A DNA stretch of 64,000 nucleotides from the IMG/VR virus record IMGVR_UViG_3300009709_000001, positions 32,001 to 96,000 of that record; one strand, given 5' to 3'. Every line of letters begins with the position of its first letter. Position 1 is the stretch's first letter. This stretch comes from a virus. Its lineage: Duplodnaviria > Heunggongvirae > Uroviricota > Caudoviricetes. Under the pieces are notes generated by a model, which worked only from the letters and a program-made list of their open reading frames with translations, was not told the origin of the DNA and made no database searches. Both the position numbers and the translations under genes were made by a program. Shown here one piece after another: positions 8,051-16,179 of the stretch.

Positions 8051-8311
8051 TCAGTATTTCTTATCTTTATGCCAATGTCCGCTCTGGATCATATCCTCAA
8101 CTTGGCGTTCCCAACGTTTACGAGCTTGTTTCTTCATACGTTGTCGTTCGACTGCAGGCTTTTCATAGGCCATTCTATCCTTAACTTCTTTAAGGATACC
8201 AGAGTCTTGGACTTTCTTGCTAAATGTACGGAGCGCGCGGCCAAAGTCGTCGTTTCTAACTTCGACTGTCATCCCTCTGTGCTTTTTACCGTCTCTATTC
8301 TTGTTACTCAT
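8051..8311 (-). CDS. rpsU: ribosomal protein bS21
   Basis: VEVRNDDFGRALRTFSKKVQDSGILKEVKDRMAYEKP; start re-called at ATG 8311, coupled to the clpX stop. Confidence 0.9.
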   Translation of the reverse strand: MSNKNRDGKKHRGMTVEVRNDDFGRALRTFSKKVQDSGILKEVKDRMAYEKPAVERQRMKKQARKRWERQVEDMIQSGHWHKDKKY

Positions 8312-9524
8312 TATTTGCTCGTTTTGCTTTATATACATATTTGGTTGTTCCAGTTGCGTCAACGAAAATCTTGCTCACGCCTTCTTTAGCTAATCGTGGC
8401 AGAATGAATTGTATAGCTTGAAGATCTCTTTCAAGTACCGAACGTAATCCTCGAGCACCAATCTTCTGTTTGATGCATTCACCTGCAACATTCAGTAGGT
8501 ATTTATCATCAAACTCCAATGTAATGCCTTCGTATTTGAACAATGCTTGGAATTGGCTAACAATGCTATTCTTTGGTTCTTTGAGGATGCGCACCAACAT
8601 ATCGTTAGTTAGATCATCAAACACTACCGTTACTGGATGACGACCTACAAATTCCGGAATTAGACCGTATTTGATAAAGTCCTCAGAATTGGCTGTTTTA
8701 ACTGTTTCGGAAAAGGATTTATTTGCTTGAATAGAAGCACCTAGTCCGATACTTGTCTTGTTACGTGTCTTCCTGATAATTTCATCGAGCCCAACAAACG
8801 CACCACTCGAAATGAATAATACATCCTTTGTATCGAAGGTAACATCATTGTATCCGTCTTCGATTTTAACAACTGTACCTTCGATGAGTTTTAGAAGTGC
8901 TTGCTGAACACCTTCCCCGGATACATCTCGGGAGACTGTCGAAGACTCGTTCTTCTTGCTCTTCTTATCGATTTCGTCGATAAAGATGATTCCGTGTTGC
9001 GCACGTTCAATATCGTCGTCAGCATTTTCGATTAGACGCTTAATCAAATTTTCTACGTCTTCACCGACATACCCGGATTCGGTTAATGATGTCGCATCAG
9101 CAATCACAAAAGGTAAATCGAATAGCTTTGCAATTGTTCTAACAGTTAGTGTCTTACCACTACCACTAGAACCTACCATAAGCATATTCGATTTATCGAT
9201 TTCGGTTTTAGATTTGTTATGAATTCTCTTATAGTGATTATATACCGCAACAGAGATGGCAACTTTTGCACTATCTTGTCCGATAATATGTTCGTCAAGA
9301 TGTGCTTTGATTTGTTCCGGAGTTAAGATCTTTTCTTTCTTTTTCTTAACCGTTTTAGTTTCTTCGTCAGTGTGAATGATTTTGTGTGTTACATCGACAC
9401 ATTCATTGCAGATATAAATGTTCTGACCATTTATTACGGGACCCTCAATCATTTGTTCAACTTGATGGCGACCCTTCTCGCAGAATGAGCAACTGATTAT
9501 CTTCTTGATTTCTTTTTCTTCCAT
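8304..9524 (-). CDS. clpX: ClpX AAA+ unfoldase
   Basis: CSFC/CNEC zinc domain; GSSGSGKT, GYVGEDVE, IDEIDK, RDVSGEGVQQALLK, GARGLR. Confidence 0.96.
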   Translation of the reverse strand: MEEKEIKKIISCSFCEKGRHQVEQMIEGPVINGQNIYICNECVDVTHKIIHTDEETKTVKKKKEKILTPEQIKAHLDEHIIGQDSAKVAISVAVYNHYKRIHNKSKTEIDKSNMLMVGSSGSGKTLTVRTIAKLFDLPFVIADATSLTESGYVGEDVENLIKRLIENADDDIERAQHGIIFIDEIDKKSKKNESSTVSRDVSGEGVQQALLKLIEGTVVKIEDGYNDVTFDTKDVLFISSGAFVGLDEIIRKTRNKTSIGLGASIQANKSFSETVKTANSEDFIKYGLIPEFVGRHPVTVVFDDLTNDMLVRILKEPKNSIVSQFQALFKYEGITLEFDDKYLLNVAGECIKQKIGARGLRSVLERDLQAIQFILPRLAKEGVSKIFVDATGTTKYVYKAKRANNE

Positions 9525-9526
9525 TT

Positions 9527-10990
9527 TCAGTCCCTCTTAAATTCTTGTAGCCAGCTTAGAGGCAGTCTACTATTTACAGCTCGTTTAGGATTTTGCGAAA
9601 AGTCTTGATCTTCTCTCGTTGTCTCGGTGTGAATTTCGGCTTCGGTCTGTTCATCTTCTCCAATGTTGCCAGGAAGTCGTCCCATGTCCGATCCATTCGT
9701 CGGAATCTTACTGTTTTCTTTGACATTTACTTTCACCGGTACAAAGTGTTGACCAAGTAGTTCTCTAAGGACACTATCCTGTTGCGCCCACGGACTTGTC
9801 GATTTTGGTTCAATAACATCGGCTGGATGCTCCTGAACAGGTAATTCCCAAGATGGTTTGAGTTCTAATATGAAATCTTCTTCCGGTTCATCGGTATCCG
9901 ATACTTCCCTTCTATCGATGTTTTCTTCCATCGCGTGGACATCTTGATTCTCTTCGACGACGGTGCCCAAAACATCTTCCATGATTGTCTCCGGAGACAC
10001 CTCGCTAATCCCGGGTGTCCGATCTCCGCCATTGCTGTCATAATCTTGTGTACTCGGCAACGTAATATTTTTTTCTTCTTCATGGATTAGATCCGGCCAT
10101 AATATGGTTTGGACGACAGGAACTTCTTCTCGTATGGTTTCGGTGGGAGCGACAGTCGGAACTCCGACGAGTATGCTTTCAGAATGGACCTCTCTACTCT
10201 CCACATTATCTTCTTCATCTTCGAATATTTTCGACTCATCTTCTTTCTTTCGTAATGCCAGAGAATGGTTAGCTGCAATGAGCAACACAATGGCTAATGG
10301 ATCGAGTGTCGATACGAGCAGCAAAGTAAACATTCGGACTGCTGCTTCGACATTCTTAGCAGAATCTTCTTGAACACCATAGACAAGTTCGGCAATATAT
10401 CTGATAGGACCGACCTCGAGTTGCATCTTTCTAACTTCGGATTCGTATTTCATCTTCTCAGTTGAAAGATCATCGATACGTCTTTGGGATGCGTCGATTT
10501 CTTCTCTGAGTTGCTTACGCTGTGGTGCCTGACTTTTACGCACAGCCAACGAACGATCTGTTCTATCCTTACCTAAGAAGGAATCGACAGTCGCATCGAG
10601 CTGAGTAATAATCTTCTGATTATCAGCAATGTTAGACTTTTCTCTTTCGATTTGCTGATTTAATCGTTCAATACGTGGACCATTATCGATTGTAGCTGCA
10701 CCTTGTTCGAGGTGAGCCTTAGATAAAAAGCCAAAAACCCCGATACTGGTTGCAGTCATCAGGGCTATTGTGAAATATAGGAGCGGTCCCTTTATTTTCC
10801 AAGATGCTGTCTTAGAATTTCGATAAAGCCAGCTTGTGGTGACTAACTTGGCGGCTTCGACAACAACACCCATGATAAGTGCATACATCGGTGCACCTGC
10901 ATAGATTGCCATAAAACCTACAATCGAGAACCAACCAGAAACTGCTGCTAAAGAAAGGGCCGCAAGAAATGTTAATAAAATAAATATCAT
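9527..10990 (-). CDS. membrane protein with coiled coil and acidic disordered tail
   Basis: N-terminal TM helices, coiled coil, further TM (DPLA); late motif 4 nt upstream. Confidence 0.8.
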   Translation of the reverse strand: MIFILLTFLAALSLAAVSGWFSIVGFMAIYAGAPMYALIMGVVVEAAKLVTTSWLYRNSKTASWKIKGPLLYFTIALMTATSIGVFGFLSKAHLEQGAATIDNGPRIERLNQQIEREKSNIADNQKIITQLDATVDSFLGKDRTDRSLAVRKSQAPQRKQLREEIDASQRRIDDLSTEKMKYESEVRKMQLEVGPIRYIAELVYGVQEDSAKNVEAAVRMFTLLLVSTLDPLAIVLLIAANHSLALRKKEDESKIFEDEEDNVESREVHSESILVGVPTVAPTETIREEVPVVQTILWPDLIHEEEKNITLPSTQDYDSNGGDRTPGISEVSPETIMEDVLGTVVEENQDVHAMEENIDRREVSDTDEPEEDFILELKPSWELPVQEHPADVIEPKSTSPWAQQDSVLRELLGQHFVPVKVNVKENSKIPTNGSDMGRLPGNIGEDEQTEAEIHTETTREDQDFSQNPKRAVNSRLPLSWLQEFKRD

Positions 10991-10994
10991 CTAA

Positions 10995-11002
10995 TATTTA
11001 TC
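10995..11002 (-). promoter_or_regulatory. late promoter motif
   Basis: GATAAATA 4 nt before the ATG. Confidence 0.65.
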
Positions 11003-11019
11003 GTGGTTTTTGTCCACGT

Positions 11020-11253
11020 TTACTCGCTGATTAACCCTCGCAACTTCAAAGCAAGAACATCGATGCCTCTAATCTCAAAGAGGTTTACATCAGATCCGAT
11101 TACATACGCTTTTCGACCGGGCGGAAGTGCGCCCTCCATATCTTTGCATATTCCGCTAATATACGACGAGCTAAGTTGATTAGTCTCGCGTGGAACCTGA
11201 ATTACAAGAATGCTATCGGGATCGCTAAATTTGATTTCGTTAATCGGATCATT
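11020..11253 (-). CDS. hypothetical protein
   Basis: Start coupled to the upstream stop; C-terminal VLALKL motif. Confidence 0.6.
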   Translation of the reverse strand, partial: NDPINEIKFSDPDSILVIQVPRETNQLSSSYISGICKDMEGALPPGRKAYVIGSDVNLFEIRGIDVLALKLRGLISE

Positions 11254-11458
11254 CATTAATTTCTCCCCTCTCAATCTTTAAGAGATGTTCAGATAAGGCT
11301 TCTTCAGTCCATCCAAGCTTTTCAATTGCAGCGACTCCGGCAGCAATTTGTTCTTCCTCGGTAACAAAGGCAGTACCGATTCGGGCAAGAGTATAGGCGG
11401 TACAGGCTTCTCGCCAATGTGCCCGCCTAAGTTTCCAATAAGTGTCGTTTTCATCCAT
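11249..11458 (-). CDS. hypothetical protein
   Basis: GAGGA RBS; operon context. Confidence 0.6.
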   Translation of the reverse strand: MDENDTYWKLRRAHWREACTAYTLARIGTAFVTEEEQIAAGVAAIEKLGWTEEALSEHLLKIERGEINE

Positions 11459-11488
11459 AATAAGATCCTCAACACTATTTTAACACAT

Positions 11489-11938
11489 TTATCCCTCGTA
11501 CCACGCTGAGTTTGCAGGTGTTTCCGCTACTTTGACGAGTCTACAATGAATGCCTTTGTAACCGTTATCCGGCAACCAAATCTCGTTGACATAGTCGTAC
11601 AAGAATTTGCTTAGACCTTCGCAACCAGTTCTTTCGACAACAACCATCTTGCAAAGTTTCTTTTCGTGGAGCATCTCGAATGTTTTAAATTCGGGATCGT
11701 CTTGTGCAACCAACATTGTGTGATCGAATGTATCGTCTAAGAAATCCTTGAATGTTTTCAATGATCCAAAATCGACAACCCAATTACGAACGTCAACAGT
11801 CTCAGATTCAAACTCGAGATAGAAGCTTAGTGAATAGCCGTGGATTAGATTGCAATGGCTATCAGCTCTCCATTGGCGATATGCAACTGCATAACCGCGT
11901 TCATGACCATAGGTCTTTGTACTTACGAATTTTCCCAT
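11489..11938 (-). CDS. queD: 6-carboxytetrahydropterin synthase (QueD/PTPS family)
   Basis: SHCNLIHGY, VVDFG, FDH and final ET motif. Confidence 0.9.
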   Translation of the reverse strand: MGKFVSTKTYGHERGYAVAYRQWRADSHCNLIHGYSLSFYLEFESETVDVRNWVVDFGSLKTFKDFLDDTFDHTMLVAQDDPEFKTFEMLHEKKLCKMVVVERTGCEGLSKFLYDYVNEIWLPDNGYKGIHCRLVKVAETPANSAWYEG

Positions 11939-11943
11939 TTTCT

Positions 11944-12300
11944 TTATTCCAATTCAATTTTAGCAGGTGTGAATTTAATGTTAGGAAAATACTTTCTAGC
12001 ATGATCGATAATGCCCGAAGGAAACTCAATGGAATCATTATACGCATGAATATGATTCATAATAGTAACCTTCTCCATTTCTTCTAAAAACTCTTCGTAA
12101 CCCCAACCGTTCTCTTCAAGAATCATAATAAAATGATGATTCCTCATCATTTGTATATAGAAGGATGATTGTTCAATCATAATTCCGTTAATGTGAATTA
12201 CTGGACGTGGGACTATTGGAGATGGTTGATTTTGTAATATAGTCATCATCTCATGATAGGGAGTTCTTTTCAATACATTGAAAGTATTTTCCTCGGACAT
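11944..12300 (-). CDS. hypothetical protein
   Basis: ORF between folE and queD. Confidence 0.6.
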   Translation of the reverse strand: MSEENTFNVLKRTPYHEMMTILQNQPSPIVPRPVIHINGIMIEQSSFYIQMMRNHHFIMILEENGWGYEEFLEEMEKVTIMNHIHAYNDSIEFPSGIIDHARKYFPNIKFTPAKIELE

Positions 12301-12301
12301 A

Positions 12302-12994
12302 TTATTCCTTACCTACTGGTACAAATTTCATGAATTCAGTTCTGACGTTATTGTCGGACTTGAATACGCCGCCGAGCTTGCTTGTAATAGTCGAAGAACC
12401 AGTGTCTTCAACACCACGACTCTTCACACAGAAATGTTGGGCATTGATTACAACCGCAATGTTATCTGTATCAAGGATATACTGCAAGGCATGATAGATC
12501 TGCTCAGTTAGGCGTTCTTGGATTTGCGGACGCTTCGCAAAGTATTCGACAATGCGATTAATCTTGCTAAGACCAAGAACCTTCTGATTCGGAATATAGG
12601 CAACTGTTGCCAAACCATCGATAATGACAAAGTGATGTTCGCAATTTGATTGGACGTTGACATTTCGTTCAACAACCATTTCGTCGTACTTCATTTTGTT
12701 ATCGACAGTGGTACATTTTGGGAATGCATCATAATCGAGCCCCCAAAAGATTTCGGTTACATACATTTTAGCAACACGCCTTGGAGTATCAATAAGACTA
12801 TCATCAGTTAAGTCTAATCCAAGTATCTTCATAATGTCAGCAAACTTCTGTTGAATTGCATCAATCTTTTCAGTTGTAGACAATCTGCTACCTAGATAAT
12901 TATTGTCAATAGGGGTTTCTACTCCGCACTCGATTAAATGATCCCTTACTTTCTTACCTAATTCTGGATCGCATTTTGTTTTATTGAAGCTCAT
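12302..12994 (-). CDS. folE: GTP cyclohydrolase I
   Basis: TPRRVAKMY, CEHH, GLSKINR, QIQERLT, HFCVKSRG. Confidence 0.96.
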   Translation of the reverse strand: MSFNKTKCDPELGKKVRDHLIECGVETPIDNNYLGSRLSTTEKIDAIQQKFADIMKILGLDLTDDSLIDTPRRVAKMYVTEIFWGLDYDAFPKCTTVDNKMKYDEMVVERNVNVQSNCEHHFVIIDGLATVAYIPNQKVLGLSKINRIVEYFAKRPQIQERLTEQIYHALQYILDTDNIAVVINAQHFCVKSRGVEDTGSSTITSKLGGVFKSDNNVRTEFMKFVPVGKE

Positions 12995-13658
12995 TTTCTA
13001 TCCTTTTAATGTGTTGGGTATAATTACCTATATCTAAATTCTTATGGCAGCATAGACAGGACACTCGTCTTCCTGTAAATCGTTGCCCGTTATTATTCAT
13101 TATAGCACTGCTTGACATTTTCTGTCGAGTTTCATCAGATTTGGGCTTGCTATTTGCATTTGAAATAATTTGTTTTGTTTCACTGGTATGGACTAATCCT
13201 TCAGCAAATTTGTTACCAATCATCTTTGTTGCCTGTCTCAATTTACCGGCATGATTAGATTTATTTCGGCCTGCAATAGTTATGTTTCTTTTAGAGATTG
13301 CTGATTGCTTCTCTTCACTTGTTTTCTTAGAGAACGTTTCTCGTCTTTTACGATTTACTTCTTCGCCCAGGTTACCACCGTAACCTCCTTTAGCAACATT
13401 ATAACCGTGTTGAGTTATTCTTGATTGAAATTTTTCTATTGTAGGATCTTCGAGGGAAGAAATTTCTAAACGATCTAGAGATTCCTTCAAAATCTCTATA
13501 GTGAAATTTTCTTTCCCGTATTTTTGAATAGCTCTATGCAATGGGGAATTTGCATCAAGTAAATGCTTGTTCCATCTCTCACTGACTTCGAGCTTTGTAA
13601 TACCGATGTAAATCTTTTGATTTACTAAATTGACAACTTTATAAAGTTTGTATGACAT
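12981..13658 (-). mobile_element. free-standing GIY-YIG homing endonuclease with NUMOD3-like repeats
   Basis: LYKVVN...IYIGIT...ERW...GYNV; HTSETKQIIS repeats. Confidence 0.85.
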
Positions 13659-13740
13659 GTTACCCTCCGTGGTAATTAGGATCTTTCGTTTATCCTTAAC
13701 GCGAAATATTATTTCGATGTGCTACCGCGTGTAGCACATT
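13659..13740 (-). ncRNA. candidate structured cis-regulatory leader of the folE-queD operon
   Basis: Four consecutive hairpins plus a possible ACGCG/CGCGT pseudoknot; SD lies in the last loop. Confidence 0.45.
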
Positions 13741-13748
13741 TATTTATC
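13741..13748 (-). promoter_or_regulatory. late promoter motif
   Basis: GATAAATA. Confidence 0.6.
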
Positions 13749-13771
13749 ACAGAGTGCAACTGTTTCACAAT

Positions 13772-14104
13772 TTAATTGTAGATGCCGTGTTTTGATTTTA
13801 GCGTCTGAAGATCAGTCGAATACGTAGGTTTATGTAAATCGTTGATTGCCCTGACCAAACCAGAAATATCCGATTTTACTCCCCATAGCTCGGTTCCGAG
13901 ACGTTGGCATTCTGTGGAAAGAGTATTGTGGGCTTCGATTAATCCGAGTATCGGACCAGTCTTAATTTCAGGAGTACCTTTAAGCCTTTGAACAATCTTT
14001 TCAGCTTCAATTAGCTTGTCGAGTGCTTCAGATCCATTTGCAAGCATCGAATCGATGACTTTAAGTCTTTCTTTCTCTTCGTAACTCAGCATATAAAAAG
14101 TCAT
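13772..14104 (-). CDS. hypothetical coiled-coil protein
   Basis: ATGA overlap with the thyA stop. Confidence 0.65.
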   Translation of the reverse strand: MTFYMLSYEEKERLKVIDSMLANGSEALDKLIEAEKIVQRLKGTPEIKTGPILGLIEAHNTLSTECQRLGTELWGVKSDISGLVRAINDLHKPTYSTDLQTLKSKHGIYN

Positions 14105-14997
14105 ACTGCCATCCCTGGTTTGTTTTTAATATCTGGATGTGGATCATACCCAATAAGTTCAATATCTTCCCATTGCAAGTCCAGAATATCTTGCAATGTA
14201 GGTAAATCCTTCTTAATAATCAATTGTGGCAATGCCTTAGGTGATCTTTGAAGCTGTTCTTTAACCATATCCATTTGATTATTGTAGATATGAACATCCC
14301 AGCCCATATAAACCAACTCTCCCGGAACTAATCCAAGATGTTTTGCAAAGATATGGTTAATGAGTGCATAAGACATGATGTTATATGGTAGACCATACGG
14401 GACATCATTGCTTCTCATCACAAAGCTGTTGTGAAGCTTACCTTCGTCGGAGTTAAGTTGAAATTCGCCCTCAACTGAGTACATATGGAGCATGTGGCAT
14501 GGTGGTAAAGCCATCTGACTTAGTTCACCTGGGTTCCAGCCTGTAACGACATGTCGTCTTCCCGACGGATCTCGTTTCAGTCCCTCAAGTAGATCTTTGA
14601 TCTGATCAGTTTTGTCTACCATGTGGACTCCGAGTCTATCAATCTTTCTCGGTGACTGCCAATCTCTCCATTGTACGCCATAGCCTCTACCCATGTCTCC
14701 TTCGGGTAGATGAGTTAATCCACGATTGTCAAGGAACTCTCTGGAAGTGTTTCCTTTCCAGATATTAATCTTCTTTTCCTCGAGCAGCTTAGTATTACTC
14801 TGGCCGCGAAGAAAGAACATTGTCTCTTCAAAGGCAATGCGAAGGCTTACTTTTCTTGTGGTGATTATCGGAAATCCCTGCCTAAGATCAAATCTTAGCA
14901 TCCTTCCCAGGACTTTACGGGAACCGACTCCGGTTCTATCTGGAGAATCAAAACCGTTCTCCAGAACGTCTTTCATTAGGTCGATATAGTTCTGCAT
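14101..14997 (-). CDS. thyA: thymidylate synthase
   Basis: DRTGVG, YGVQWR, MALPPCH, RSNDVPYGLPYN, DVHIY, C-terminal MAV. Confidence 0.97.
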   Translation of the reverse strand: MQNYIDLMKDVLENGFDSPDRTGVGSRKVLGRMLRFDLRQGFPIITTRKVSLRIAFEETMFFLRGQSNTKLLEEKKINIWKGNTSREFLDNRGLTHLPEGDMGRGYGVQWRDWQSPRKIDRLGVHMVDKTDQIKDLLEGLKRDPSGRRHVVTGWNPGELSQMALPPCHMLHMYSVEGEFQLNSDEGKLHNSFVMRSNDVPYGLPYNIMSYALINHIFAKHLGLVPGELVYMGWDVHIYNNQMDMVKEQLQRSPKALPQLIIKKDLPTLQDILDLQWEDIELIGYDPHPDIKNKPGMAV

Positions 14998-15019
14998 GTA
15001 GCATCCTCACTTGAATGCT

Positions 15020-15048
15020 ATGTTACAGAATTTCTATACTTGTGTCAA
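15020..15048 (-). promoter_or_regulatory. sigma70-type promoter for thyA
   Basis: TTGACA-N17-TAACAT. Confidence 0.55.
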
Positions 15049-15273
15049 CTTGAAAATCAAATAATCTGGTTCTTCAAGATAGAGTGTCTCTGCCAATGTC
15101 TCTCGTTCCCTTGGAGGATAGTATGCATTGGATCTTACAACTCGATAATATGGTTTCCAGAAGATCCAACCAGTTCTCGTTTTCTTTGGGAAATAAGAAA
15201 AACATCGATGAATTATTGTATAATCCCCGATTTCATGGGGAGATCGAGCAAAATAAGAATCACTCAGTATCAT
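15034..15273 (-). CDS. hypothetical protein, paralog of 15270-15470
   Basis: FSYFPKKTRTGWIFW...DYLIFKL. Confidence 0.65.
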   Translation of the reverse strand: MILSDSYFARSPHEIGDYTIIHRCFSYFPKKTRTGWIFWKPYYRVVRSNAYYPPRERETLAETLYLEEPDYLIFKLTQV

Positions 15274-15470
15274 TTTATATCACCACGAAGTTTTAAAATT
15301 AGATATTCATCTGTTTCGTAATAGATATCTTCCCATTCACCATTGCGATGATAAATCACTCGATGATAGAATTCTTCTAACCAGATCCATCCGGTTGTTG
15401 TTTTAGTTGGAAGATAGGCAAATATCTTATACACCTTTTCTGGATGAGGCCAGGTGACTGTTCTTACCAT
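15270..15470 (-). CDS. hypothetical protein, paralog of 15034-15273
   Basis: FAYLPTKTTTGWIWL...EYLILKL. Confidence 0.65.
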   Translation of the reverse strand: MVRTVTWPHPEKVYKIFAYLPTKTTTGWIWLEEFYHRVIYHRNGEWEDIYYETDEYLILKLRGDIK

Positions 15471-15484
15471 AAATTTCTTTCGTG

Positions 15485-15507
15485 AAAAAGGGACCGAAGT
15501 CCCTTTT
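15485..15507 (-). terminator. Rho-independent terminator
   Basis: GGGAC-TTCG-GTCCC plus U tract. Confidence 0.8.
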
Positions 15508-16045
15508 AATCCTTTACCGGCGGCAACTTATAGAAATCGTGATTTCCCATCGTTGCTGTCTTTTTCAGCTCATATTTCCAAGGTGGATTACTTGCGTTCG
15601 GGTTATGGAAGTGTGTTGCACCCTTCGTGTTGTCCTCGACGTTGCCGGACAGCACTGTAATCGCTACAATACTGGCGACTTGGAATTGATCAACAATCTG
15701 TTGATTAATCGTTCCGTCTTTGTTCTTTACTGGGATTTCTTTACCCTTCCTGTCATTGTCGCAGTACCACGAAAATGCGCAGATTACCTTTTTACTAACC
15801 CGCGATACGGCAGTCTGTTTAACCACCCCGCAAATAGTATTCGGGAACCGTGAATCATTCATTCGGTTGAGGGTAACAGAAGCAACCGCAAATTGACCTC
15901 TAATATCTTCGTTTCTTGCCTCATAGTAGATATTCTCTGCTAGGCAATAAGCCTCGTCTGGATTGATCTTGGTTGTATCAACATCTAATCCGACTATGTT
16001 GGCTGTCTGTAGAAGATATGCGAGGAGAAGCTTTGCTGTTATCAT
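15506..16045 (-). CDS. cell-wall hydrolase (SleB/Hydrolase_2 family)
   Basis: CLAENIYYEARNE...GQFAVASVTLNR...FPNTICGVV...FSW...GATHFH...GNHDFY. Confidence 0.92.
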   Translation of the reverse strand: MITAKLLLAYLLQTANIVGLDVDTTKINPDEAYCLAENIYYEARNEDIRGQFAVASVTLNRMNDSRFPNTICGVVKQTAVSRVSKKVICAFSWYCDNDRKGKEIPVKNKDGTINQQIVDQFQVASIVAITVLSGNVEDNTKGATHFHNPNASNPPWKYELKKTATMGNHDFYKLPPVKD

Positions 16046-16112
16046 CTTACTTTCTCCTAAATTCTCATTCTTGGAAATACCAAGAGCTAATATTTAGCCA
16101 ATGAGTACACCC

Positions 16113-16141
16113 ATTATATACAATGTAAAACGGATTGTCAA
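16113..16141 (-). promoter_or_regulatory. perfect consensus sigma70 promoter
   Basis: TTGACA-N17-TATAAT. Confidence 0.85.
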
Positions 16142-16147
16142 ATTTTG

Positions 16148-16155
16148 GATAAATA
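16148..16155 (+). promoter_or_regulatory. late promoter motif (divergent)
   Basis: GATAAATA upstream of the plus-strand gene at 16180. Confidence 0.7.
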
Positions 16156-16179
16156 ACACATTCCAGAAAGGATCCTTAT

